Source: Candidatus Delongbacteria bacterium
GTDB lineage: Bacteria > CAIWAD01
Assembly (NCBI GenBank): GCA_963663545.1
Contig: OY760505.1
Location: 544,001-608,000, forward strand
Direction: 5' to 3'
DNA: 64,000 nucleotides
Shown here: positions 8,079-16,575 of the stretch, in pieces
Position numbering within the stretch: the first letter of the stretch is position 1
Layout of the letters: the number at the start of each line of letters is the position of its first letter
Notes under the pieces: model-generated
Told to the model about the DNA's origin: nothing
The model's database searches: none
Seen by the model: the letters and a program-made list of their open reading frames with translations, nothing else
Program-made: the position numbers and the translations under genes

Positions 8079-10388
8079 CTATTTCCCAAACGGTAGGCTG
8101 CAGGTCAGCGCCAGGCCATCGCCCGAGGGCGTCGTTCCCAGACTTAGCTGTCTGCCGGTCTCGGGGCGCGGACCGCCGCCCCAGAAGTGCGCGTCCAGCA
8201 CCGCCAACAGATAGCAGCCACCCACGGTGATCAGGGCGAGCTGATTCAGGCTGTCCTGATCCTCCATCTCCTGATGGGCCGACCTCATGCGACCATAGGC
8301 CTCGTCGATGTCGGCTTGTGTCACGGCGCTATGGTAGTCGTCGCTGGCCAGGTCGTAGTCGTCGCGGGCCGCGCTGTGGTCGTTCATGCTCTGATAGGCC
8401 AGATAACCGCCGCCCAGCACACCCGCCATGTAGATCAGTCCGCGCCACTGTTTGTGTTCCAGCTGGCCCCAGCCGGGCAGCAGCGCGCTGTGCAAGAGCG
8501 CCTGGTGGTGCTCGTGCTGCCACGCGACGTAGGCCTCGCGCGAAAGCACCGCGCTGATGTCAGAGCGCCTGCCGTGCTCGATTGTAACACGCCGAGTGAA
8601 GCTGGCGTAGTCGTCCATGCGCACACTTAGTTCGTAGTCGCCTGTCGGCAGGTCGTTTTCCTGCAGGGGCGCGCGGCCCAGGCGGCGTCCGTCCAGAAAG
8701 ACTTCCGCGTCCAGGGGCTCGGAGATGACACGCAGGCTGCCGGTCATGCGCACCAGCGTCGGCGCAAGTTGTCGCTCGTCTCCAATGGCCAGATGCACGG
8801 TCTCGCTGTGTGATACGTGATCCTGCAGCTCTATGCTTATCGCATAACTGCCGGGGGCCAGTTTCAGCTCGCAGGGCGTTGTGCCCAGCAGTCTGCTGCC
8901 CTGACGCACGCTGGCACCCGCCGGAGTGCTACGTACTTTTAGCGTGCCGAAGTCGGCCGAAAGGTCGGCGCGCACGGTGGTGGTCTCGGCGTCGCGCACC
9001 TGCGTACTGGCCTGATAGTCGTTGTAGAGCTCCTGTGTCACGCGCACGGTGTGGGTGCCCGAAGGAATGCGCGTGCGTGTCACGGGTGCTTTGCCCCAGC
9101 TCTCGCCGTCCACATAGACCTGCGCACCCTCAACCGGACACATCACGCTCAGCGTACCGAAGGCGGGCTCCAGCCGCAGCGTGAGCGTTTGTGCCTCACC
9201 CGCCGTGACACGAAATTCCTGCTGCAGGTCGTGATACAGCGGCGCACGCAGACTTACTCGGTGCGCACCGGAGGCAAATTGCGTAAGCTGCAGCGGAGTG
9301 GTGCCGCGCGGCTGTCCGTCCAGAATGACCTCGGCACCGGTGGGTTCGCTGGTGATACGCAGCGGGGCGAAGTCCTCCTCGAGCACGGCGGTGACACGCT
9401 GCACATCGTCGGCGCTCACTTCCACCGCCTGGCGGAAAGGCAGATAGAGGGGCAGGGTTACTTCAAGCTGGTGCATGCCCGCGCTGATGCCGTCTACGTT
9501 GCAGGTTGTAACACCGCGCTCGACGCCGTCCAGCAGCACGCGCGCGTTACCCGGTTGCGAATCGATGACCAGCATGCCCTTGCCGGAATCCGCCTGTGTC
9601 ACCTGACTCTGGCCGCTCTGGAACTGCGGATTCAGCTCGGGGTTATGCCCCGGCACCAGATTCAAGCTCTGTGTCCAGTCGCGATAGCCTTCGCGCGCCA
9701 GCAGCAGTTCGTGGCTGCCGGGGCTGAGCACCAGTTTGAGGGCACCGGTGGCGGGCACGCTCATCCAGCCCATCGGTCGCTTATCCACGACGACAAAGAC
9801 CGTTTCGGACGCAGGCAGGGTCAGTGCGACTTCCGCCTGGCTGAGGCCCTGTGTCACGCCGGTCAGCTCGCTGGCAACCAGACGAAAGAGCCGCACGGCG
9901 GCGGGTCTGGCCTTGTCGACAATCTCCATGAAGACCTGCCCGCGCACTTCCTCCGAGGCCAGAAAACGTCCGTCACCGGTGGCGAAGAGGTTGAGCTGCA
10001 GGCGATACTCGCCCTCCTCGCTGAAGAGGAAAAGATTGCTGGAGAGCAGCCAGTTGGCCGCCAGGGTTCGCGCCAGGTCCAGAGCACAGGTTGCCTCGCT
10101 GCACTCGCGCGGGTCCAGGCCGGAGTCCTCCAGCAGCGAGAGGGTGTTCTCTTCGGTGACCACCGTTAGCAGCTGGCCGACCTCGTTGGCGGCCTCGCGG
10201 CGCAGGCTGTTTTCCAGATAGCCCAGGTCGCGTCCGCTGACGTCCACCTGGTCCAGCGGTGTGCCGTCGACGACGGCCAGGCGGTAGTTGGCAAACTCCT
10301 GGGCTTGAGCCGCGACCGTCAACAGCAAGGCGCTGGCTAGAAGTAGAAGCCAGGGGCGGAGCTGCGCCCGGCAGAAAATGTGATTCAT
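8079..10388 (-). CDS. Exported multi-PEGA protein with C-terminal hydrophobic segments
   Basis: Signal peptide; N-terminal domain shared with the 1819 and 21615 proteins; about 6 PEGA repeats; C-terminal SALLPGWGQ followed by hydrophobic helices. Confidence 0.85.
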   Translation of the reverse strand: MNHIFCRAQLRPWLLLLASALLLTVAAQAQEFANYRLAVVDGTPLDQVDVSGRDLGYLENSLRREAANEVGQLLTVVTEENTLSLLEDSGLDPRECSEATCALDLARTLAANWLLSSNLFLFSEEGEYRLQLNLFATGDGRFLASEEVRGQVFMEIVDKARPAAVRLFRLVASELTGVTQGLSQAEVALTLPASETVFVVVDKRPMGWMSVPATGALKLVLSPGSHELLLAREGYRDWTQSLNLVPGHNPELNPQFQSGQSQVTQADSGKGMLVIDSQPGNARVLLDGVERGVTTCNVDGISAGMHQLEVTLPLYLPFRQAVEVSADDVQRVTAVLEEDFAPLRITSEPTGAEVILDGQPRGTTPLQLTQFASGAHRVSLRAPLYHDLQQEFRVTAGEAQTLTLRLEPAFGTLSVMCPVEGAQVYVDGESWGKAPVTRTRIPSGTHTVRVTQELYNDYQASTQVRDAETTTVRADLSADFGTLKVRSTPAGASVRQGSRLLGTTPCELKLAPGSYAISIELQDHVSHSETVHLAIGDERQLAPTLVRMTGSLRVISEPLDAEVFLDGRRLGRAPLQENDLPTGDYELSVRMDDYASFTRRVTIEHGRRSDISAVLSREAYVAWQHEHHQALLHSALLPGWGQLEHKQWRGLIYMAGVLGGGYLAYQSMNDHSAARDDYDLASDDYHSAVTQADIDEAYGRMRSAHQEMEDQDSLNQLALITVGGCYLLAVLDAHFWGGGPRPETGRQLSLGTTPSGDGLALTCSLPFGK

Positions 10389-10525
10389 GCTGCTTCCCGT
10401 TCCTTCGTGACACGCTGTTTCGTGCCCGGGCAAAGTAGCAAAGCCGCTATCGAATGGAAAAGGAAGTGTTCCCCAGCTTCGGTGCTCGCCTCTTGAGTCT
10501 GCAACCACCTCCAGGCTGAGTGCTT

Positions 10526-11449
10526 CTACTCCAGCACCTCCAGCACCTCCAGCACCTCCACCACTTGCGACAAGGTGCTAGTGGAGTGGCCATCGCTTGC
10601 TGTCATTACGATGGTGTACGTCCCTGCTGCTTCGGCAGACAATCGAAGAAAGAGAGAGTGTTCCTCAACAGTGGAGGCCAGCACCTCAATTCCCTGCGGC
10701 ACCTCAAAGCCCAGTTGCACGCTCTCATCGTTCGGGTCGTAGGCCGCAACACCAATCTCGAAGCTCTCACCCGCGTGAATTCCAGTAGCAGGATCACAGA
10801 ACTCGCCAAGGAACCTGGGGGGTAGCTGCATCACATTCAGTGTGCAACACACACTGGCGGAAAAGGCCAGATTGGCGACATTGACTTGTACAATGGCCTC
10901 GCCGGCTTGTCGACAGCGAAAGTGAAAACGATCCTGACCGATGCCTTGTGATACAATGCCTTGTGTGGTCGACCATTCGTAGCTAAGCGCAAAGCGATCG
11001 TCCTTGCTGTGACACCTAATCCCAACTCCATCTTCCGGGTGTACCTGAACGCTCTCTGGCTCAAGGTAAACTACAGGAACTCCCGGCTGTGCTACATCAA
11101 CCACAAGCTGCTCCAGATACCTCTGGGTGTCGTTAGAAACTGTGACACGCAGAAGCTGCTGCTCCGGCCCCAGGGGCGGAATCCAGCGCAACTTGGAGCC
11201 GGCAAAACTCTCTTCGTATTCGCCCTCCAGCTCCCAGTGGTAGTGCCACTCATCGTACTGTCCGAAACTCACAATGCAATCGACTATTGTCTCCGTGCCA
11301 CACACGGCGGCCGGTGATACATTCACTTCTACATGTGGATCGTCCACAATACGCAGGGGATCCTCATCAGAATCCATGATGCTGCAAGCAGTGAGAAGAA
11401 GAATGGGCACGAGGATGATCACAACGCGAGAGCGCACGTTTGCCTCCAT
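10526..11449 (-). CDS. Lipoprotein with PKD/Ig-like beta-sandwich domains
   Basis: Lipobox LTAC; YEWS/YHWE strands; AYDPNDE and GTYTIVMTASDG Ig/cadherin-like motifs; ends in a 9-bp tandem repeat (EVL)x3. Confidence 0.65.
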   Translation of the reverse strand: MEANVRSRVVIILVPILLLTACSIMDSDEDPLRIVDDPHVEVNVSPAAVCGTETIVDCIVSFGQYDEWHYHWELEGEYEESFAGSKLRWIPPLGPEQQLLRVTVSNDTQRYLEQLVVDVAQPGVPVVYLEPESVQVHPEDGVGIRCHSKDDRFALSYEWSTTQGIVSQGIGQDRFHFRCRQAGEAIVQVNVANLAFSASVCCTLNVMQLPPRFLGEFCDPATGIHAGESFEIGVAAYDPNDESVQLGFEVPQGIEVLASTVEEHSLFLRLSAEAAGTYTIVMTASDGHSTSTLSQVVEVLEVLEVLE

Positions 11450-11635
11450 GTTCCTTGTGTCTGCATTACGACTTCACCAATGAAGTCCGTGTTACAAGTG
11501 GTAGCCAGCGTTCAAATACTAGACTTCAACTTATGTGCGTTGCCCGTGTTTGATTCGGTGCAAAGCTAGGGTATTGGCCTGCAATGCACCAGGGGCAATT
11601 TCGCTAATGGCATGATGCCCTTCCGATTACGGCTT

Positions 11636-11657
11636 CGATACCGATACCGATACCGAT
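11636..11657. repeat. (ACCGAT)n microsatellite, reverse complement of the 1719 tract
   Basis: cgataccgataccgataccgat, intergenic. Confidence 0.7.
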
Positions 11658-11666
11658 CAGTATGAG

Positions 11667-11693
11667 AAGAAGCGGACACACCGCCCGCTTCTT
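11667..11693 (-). terminator. Probable intrinsic terminator after the M3 peptidase
   Basis: Inverted repeat aagaagcgg/ccgcttctt; weak U tract. Confidence 0.5.
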
Positions 11694-11759
11694 ATCGTTC
11701 AAAACTCTTCCTTCGCGCTCTCTGTGTCTTGGCGCGAGAATCTTCTCTTCTACGAAGCC

Positions 11760-13802
11760 TCAGCCAATCAGACCATCGCGGCGCAGCAGCGCGTCGGGAT
11801 CAGGCTGACGACCACGGAAGGCGACGTAGAGGTCCATCGGCGGAGCCGTGTTGCCGCGAGCCAGTACGTTCTCGCGGAAGCGCTTGGCCACTGCCTTGTT
11901 GAAGATGCCCTGCTCCTGGAAATAGCCGAAGGCGTCGGCGTCCAGCACCTCGGCCCACTTGTAGCTATAGTAGCCCGCGCTGTAGCCACCGGCGAAGATG
12001 TGCGCGAAGGAACAGGACATGATGCTGCCTTCGACGCGCGGCAGGAGCTGGGTGCTCTCCATCGCGGCGATTTCCTGACTGGGTACGTCCTTGATGTTGG
12101 CGGGATCCTGGTTGTGCCAGCCCATGTCCAGCAGGCCGAAGCTCACTTGACGCAGACCACCCCAACCGGCCATGAAAATGCGCGCCTTGCGCATGCGCTG
12201 TACCAGCTCTGCCGGGATAGGCGTGCCGTTCTCGTAGTGCTTGGCGAAGAGGTCGAGGGTTTCGGGTTCGTAGACCCAGTTCTCCATAACCTGGCTTGGC
12301 AGCTCGACGAAATCCCAGAAGACGCTCGAGCCGGAAAGGCTGGTATAGGTGCACTCCGACAGGAGGCTGTGCAGGGCGTGACCGAACTCGTGATACAGCG
12401 TGGTCACCTCGTCCAGGCGCAGCAGGCTAGGACGCGTCGCCGTGGGCGGCGTGAAACTGCAGACCACCGCAACATGGGGCCGCAGAATCTTGCCGTGACG
12501 CAGACCCTGGCTGCGATAGCCGGTGCACCAGGCGCCGCCACGCTTTTCCTCGCGCGGGAACAGATCGAGATACAAAAGGCCCATGTGGCGCTCGCCCTCG
12601 AGCACCTCGAAGACCTGCACGTCCTTGTGATACACCGCCAGCTCTTTGCGCGGGCGGAAAGTGATACCGTAGAGGCGACCGGCCACTTCGAACATACCCT
12701 GCAGCGTGGGCTCCAGCGGGAAGTAGGTGCGCAACTCTTCCTCGTCCAGGTCGTAGCGCTCACGCTTGAGCTTCTCGCTGTAGTAGCCGGTATCCCAGGG
12801 CATGAAATCCGTGATACCGTCGAGGCGCGCGGCGATTTCCTTCAGGTCCTCCAGATCCTTGGTGGCGGCGGCCATCAAGGGCTTGTGCAGGCGGTCAAGG
12901 AATTCCAGCACCGCCTCCGGCGTCTGGGCCATACGACGCTCCAGCGTATAGCGGGCGTGAGTCTCGTAGCCCAGCAGCTGCGCGCGCTCGTGACGCAGAC
13001 GCACAATGCGCAGGATCAGATCCTGGTTGTCGAAGTCGTCCTTGAAACTGCGGCTGCTGTGGGCGCGATAGACCTTCTCGCGCAGATCGCGACGCGTGCT
13101 GTAGGTCATCAGCGGCTGCATGCTGGGCTGCTGCAGCGTGAACACCCAGCCCTCCAGCTTGCGCTTCTCGGCTTCCTGTGCGGCAGCCTGACGAGCGCCC
13201 TCCGGAATGCCATCCAGATCGGCCTCGTCACTCAGATGCAGCGTGAAAGCGGCCGTGGCCTTGAGCAGATTCTGCGTGTACTGCGGGCTCAGCGTGGAAA
13301 GCTCCTGGTCGATGGCACGCAGGCGCTCCTGCTTCTCCGGCGGCAACTGGGCACCGTTGCGGGCAAAACCCGTGTAGGTTTCCTCCACCAGGCGCAGTTG
13401 CTCGGCGTTCAGCCCCAGTGTATCACGGCGATCATACACACTGCGCACACGCGCAAAGAGGCCGGCGTCCAGCGAGAGGTCGCTGTCGAAGGTGGCCAGT
13501 TTGGGCGAGAGGGGCTCGGCCAGCTTCTGGAACTCCTCGTCGCCGCTGGTGCCGAACAGGGTGAAGTAGATGCCCGCGGTCATCCCAAGCTCTTCGCCCA
13601 GGGATTCGAGGGCCAGAATGGTATTGTCGAAATCGGGCTCAGCCGGATTCGTCTTCAGCTCTTCCAGGCGCTTGTAGGCAATGGCCAGCGCCTCATCCAC
13701 CGCAGGCATGTAGTGCTCGGTGCGGATCTCGTCAAAGCGCACATTGCCGAACTCGTTGTCAGCTGGCATGAAAGGCTGCAGGGCAGCGGAAATCTGACTC
13801 AT
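11760..13802 (-). CDS. M3 family metallopeptidase (Dcp/oligopeptidase A type)
   Basis: HEFGHALH zinc motif, DFVELPSQVME, KRGGAW, GYSAGYYSYKWAEVLDADAF. Confidence 0.95.
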   Translation of the reverse strand: MSQISAALQPFMPADNEFGNVRFDEIRTEHYMPAVDEALAIAYKRLEELKTNPAEPDFDNTILALESLGEELGMTAGIYFTLFGTSGDEEFQKLAEPLSPKLATFDSDLSLDAGLFARVRSVYDRRDTLGLNAEQLRLVEETYTGFARNGAQLPPEKQERLRAIDQELSTLSPQYTQNLLKATAAFTLHLSDEADLDGIPEGARQAAAQEAEKRKLEGWVFTLQQPSMQPLMTYSTRRDLREKVYRAHSSRSFKDDFDNQDLILRIVRLRHERAQLLGYETHARYTLERRMAQTPEAVLEFLDRLHKPLMAAATKDLEDLKEIAARLDGITDFMPWDTGYYSEKLKRERYDLDEEELRTYFPLEPTLQGMFEVAGRLYGITFRPRKELAVYHKDVQVFEVLEGERHMGLLYLDLFPREEKRGGAWCTGYRSQGLRHGKILRPHVAVVCSFTPPTATRPSLLRLDEVTTLYHEFGHALHSLLSECTYTSLSGSSVFWDFVELPSQVMENWVYEPETLDLFAKHYENGTPIPAELVQRMRKARIFMAGWGGLRQVSFGLLDMGWHNQDPANIKDVPSQEIAAMESTQLLPRVEGSIMSCSFAHIFAGGYSAGYYSYKWAEVLDADAFGYFQEQGIFNKAVAKRFRENVLARGNTAPPMDLYVAFRGRQPDPDALLRRDGLIG

Positions 13803-13822
13803 CTCTTATCCTTCCGTTCGAT

Positions 13823-15220
13823 CTACAGATGCAGGGCGCGGTCGCCGGTGGCAGCCAGCGCAGCTTCTTTGATTGCTTCACTGAATGTCGGATGGGCGTG
13901 ACACATGCTGGCCAGATCCTCTGCGCTGGCGTGATACTCCATGGCCGTGACAGCCTCGGCGATCATGTCCGCACAGCGGGGGCCGATCATGTGGACGCCA
14001 AGAATCTCGTCGCTTGCGGCATCGACGATCACCTTGACAAAGCCCTCCTTGTCCCCTGCCGCACGCGCGCGCCCCAGAGCGACAAAGGGAAAACGGCCAA
14101 CGCGAATCTCGCGACCGCGTTCTTTCAATTCTTCTTCGCTTGCACCCACAGCGGCCACTTCCGGCCAGGTGTACACCACACCGGGAATGGTGCCATAGTT
14201 CAGGTGCGGCTTGTGTCCAGCTATACGCTCGGCCACCGCCACGCCCTCTTCCTCGGCCTTGTGAGCCAACATGGCGCCGCCGATCACATCACCGATGGCC
14301 CACAAACCCTTTGCCGACGTGCGCAGCTCCGCATCCACTTGCAGGAAGCCGCGCGGGCCGGTTTGCAGACCGACGCTCTCAAGCCCCAGACCTTCGGTGT
14401 AAGGACGGCGACCAATGGCCACCAGGCAATACTCCGCCTCCAGCTCCAGTTCGCGCCCCTTGGCGTCAACGGCCTTCAGTAGCACGTCTTCACCGCGGTT
14501 GACCAGCTCGCTGACCTTGGCGCCCAGATGAAAGCGGAAGCCCAGCTTCTTCAGCGAGCGTTCCAACTCCACGCCCAGCTCGCCGTCCATGGTGGGCAGA
14601 CAGCGATCCAGCGCTTCCACCACCGTAACCTTCGTGCCCAGGCGGGCGTACACCGAGCCAAGCTCGAGGCCGATAACGCCGGCGCCGATCACCAGCAGGG
14701 TCTTCGGCGCTTCAGGCAGCGAAAGAGCCTCCGTTGAGGTGATGATACGCTGTTTGTCACACGGCGCGAAGGGCAGGTTGGTGGGCTTGGAACCCGTGGC
14801 CAGCACGATTTCCTTTGCCTCAAGGGTGCTCTCGCCCTCGTTCGTCTTCACCGTGACACGACCGGGACCGTCCAGGCGCCCGTGGCCGTGGATCACGGTG
14901 ATACCGTTCTTCTCCATCAGCTTGGCAATGCCAGTGGCCGTGATACCGACCACTTGATCCTTGCGCTTGCGCATCTGGCCGAAGTCCAGACTCAAGCCTT
15001 CGACGCCAATGCCGTGCTGCTTGAAGTTCTTGGCGGCGTTGTGGTAGTGCTCGCTGGAATCCAACAGCGCCTTGCTGGGAATGCAACCCACATTGGTGCA
15101 GGTGCCACCCAGGCTGGGATAGCGCTCGATCAGCGCAACCTTCAGACCCAGTTGTGCGGCCCGAATGGCACACACGTAGCCGCCTGGACCGCCGCCGATT
15201 ATACACAGGTCGTAGCTCAT
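13823..15220 (-). CDS. lpdA: Dihydrolipoamide dehydrogenase (E3)
   Basis: GGGPGG, GGTCTNVGCIPSK, GAGVIGLE, HAHPTFSE. Confidence 0.97.
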   Translation of the reverse strand: MSYDLCIIGGGPGGYVCAIRAAQLGLKVALIERYPSLGGTCTNVGCIPSKALLDSSEHYHNAAKNFKQHGIGVEGLSLDFGQMRKRKDQVVGITATGIAKLMEKNGITVIHGHGRLDGPGRVTVKTNEGESTLEAKEIVLATGSKPTNLPFAPCDKQRIITSTEALSLPEAPKTLLVIGAGVIGLELGSVYARLGTKVTVVEALDRCLPTMDGELGVELERSLKKLGFRFHLGAKVSELVNRGEDVLLKAVDAKGRELELEAEYCLVAIGRRPYTEGLGLESVGLQTGPRGFLQVDAELRTSAKGLWAIGDVIGGAMLAHKAEEEGVAVAERIAGHKPHLNYGTIPGVVYTWPEVAAVGASEEELKERGREIRVGRFPFVALGRARAAGDKEGFVKVIVDAASDEILGVHMIGPRCADMIAEAVTAMEYHASAEDLASMCHAHPTFSEAIKEAALAATGDRALHL

Positions 15221-15324
15221 TGCATCTCCGGTCTCGCTAACGCAGTCCACGCAGGGAAAGGGACTGCATCACATTCTCGTATCACAGCGTCACACACGGC
15301 CAAGGGCAATGCGTACCGCACAAT

Positions 15325-16572
15325 CTACACACCCAGCAGCAATCGGGCAGGCGATTCCACCTGCTCCTTGATGCGCTTGAGGAAGCCGACGGATTCGCGG
15401 CCATCAATCAGGCGATGATCGTAACTCAGCGCCAGATACATCATCGGACGTATCACCACTTGCCCTTCCACAGCCACAGGCCTTTGCTGAATCGTGTGCA
15501 TACCCAGAATGGCGCACTGCGGAGGATTCAACAACGGCGTCGAAAGAAGCGAGCCAAAGACACCTCCGTTGCTGACGGTAAAGGTGCCGCCGCTCATTTC
15601 GTCAATGGTCAGCCGACTGTCGCGCGCGCGCTGCGCCAGCCGCTGCAGTTCCAGCTCTACCTCCGGCAGACTCAACGATTGCACATCGCGTATCACGGGA
15701 ACCAACAGCCCCTTGGGCGCACTGACCGCGACACCGATGTCCACGTACTCGTGCCCGACAATCTCGTCGTCCTCCAGGTAGGAGTTGACCAGCGGGAATT
15801 CCTTCAGCGCTCGGCAGGCGGCGAGCACAAAGACTCCCACCAGTCCCAGCTTGACGCGGTGCTTCTGCTGAAAGGCCTGTCCCGCCTCGCGACGCAGCTG
15901 CATCACGGCGCTCATGTCCACCTCGTTGAAGGTGGTCAGCATGGCGGTCTGGTTGCGCGTTTCGACCATGCGGCGCGCCAGCTTTTTTCGTAGCTGGCTA
16001 AGCGGCTTGCGTGTTACATCGCGGGAGTCTACCGCTGCTGCCATGGGCGCACGCGATTGTGCATTGGTCTCCGTCGACACGGGCTGCTGCAAATGATGCA
16101 TCACGTCGCTCTTGGTGATACGGCCATCCTTGCCGCTACCGGTGATACGTGCCGCATTCAGGCCGTGCTCTTCGATCATGCGCGCTGCAGCCGGAGAGGG
16201 CCAGTGCTTATCCGCAACTCCGTCGGCAACGGCTTCTACCCTTGCGACATCGGCGCGAGCTGTTGCGGCGCTTTCAGGCTCGACTTCAGTCGTCTTAGCC
16301 GCTGGCTCCGCAGGCTGATCAAGGGTCCCGGCGAGTTCGCTCTCGTCAATCTCGGCCAGAAGCGAACCTACTGCCACCGTAGCTCCAGCTTCCGCCCTGT
16401 GGTGTAACACACCGGCGCGATCGGCAACCACCATCAGCGTGGCCTTCTCGCTCTCGATCTCGGCGATTTCCTCGTCGACGTCCACCGGCTCGCCGTCCTC
16501 CTTGAGCCAGGCGGCCAGTACGACTTCACTGATGCTTTCGCCGGGGCTGGGAACGTGAATCTCGCTTGCCAT
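15325..16572 (-). CDS. sucB: Dihydrolipoyllysine succinyltransferase (E2)
   Basis: Lipoyl domain ESEKAT, E3-binding [31 protein letters not shown]. Confidence 0.97.
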   Translation of the reverse strand: MASEIHVPSPGESISEVVLAAWLKEDGEPVDVDEEIAEIESEKATLMVVADRAGVLHHRAEAGATVAVGSLLAEIDESELAGTLDQPAEPAAKTTEVEPESAATARADVARVEAVADGVADKHWPSPAAARMIEEHGLNAARITGSGKDGRITKSDVMHHLQQPVSTETNAQSRAPMAAAVDSRDVTRKPLSQLRKKLARRMVETRNQTAMLTTFNEVDMSAVMQLRREAGQAFQQKHRVKLGLVGVFVLAACRALKEFPLVNSYLEDDEIVGHEYVDIGVAVSAPKGLLVPVIRDVQSLSLPEVELELQRLAQRARDSRLTIDEMSGGTFTVSNGGVFGSLLSTPLLNPPQCAILGMHTIQQRPVAVEGQVVIRPMMYLALSYDHRLIDGRESVGFLKRIKEQVESPARLLLGV

Positions 16573-16575
16573 GCT

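Noticed and set aside
11724..13901. 725-aa plus-strand ORF, and similar long antisense ORFs (9051-10169, 16555-17691, 31820-32779, 54661-55908, 58560-59966)
   Set aside because: Antisense shadows of well-supported genes, expected from codon bias at high GC; no protein motifs.
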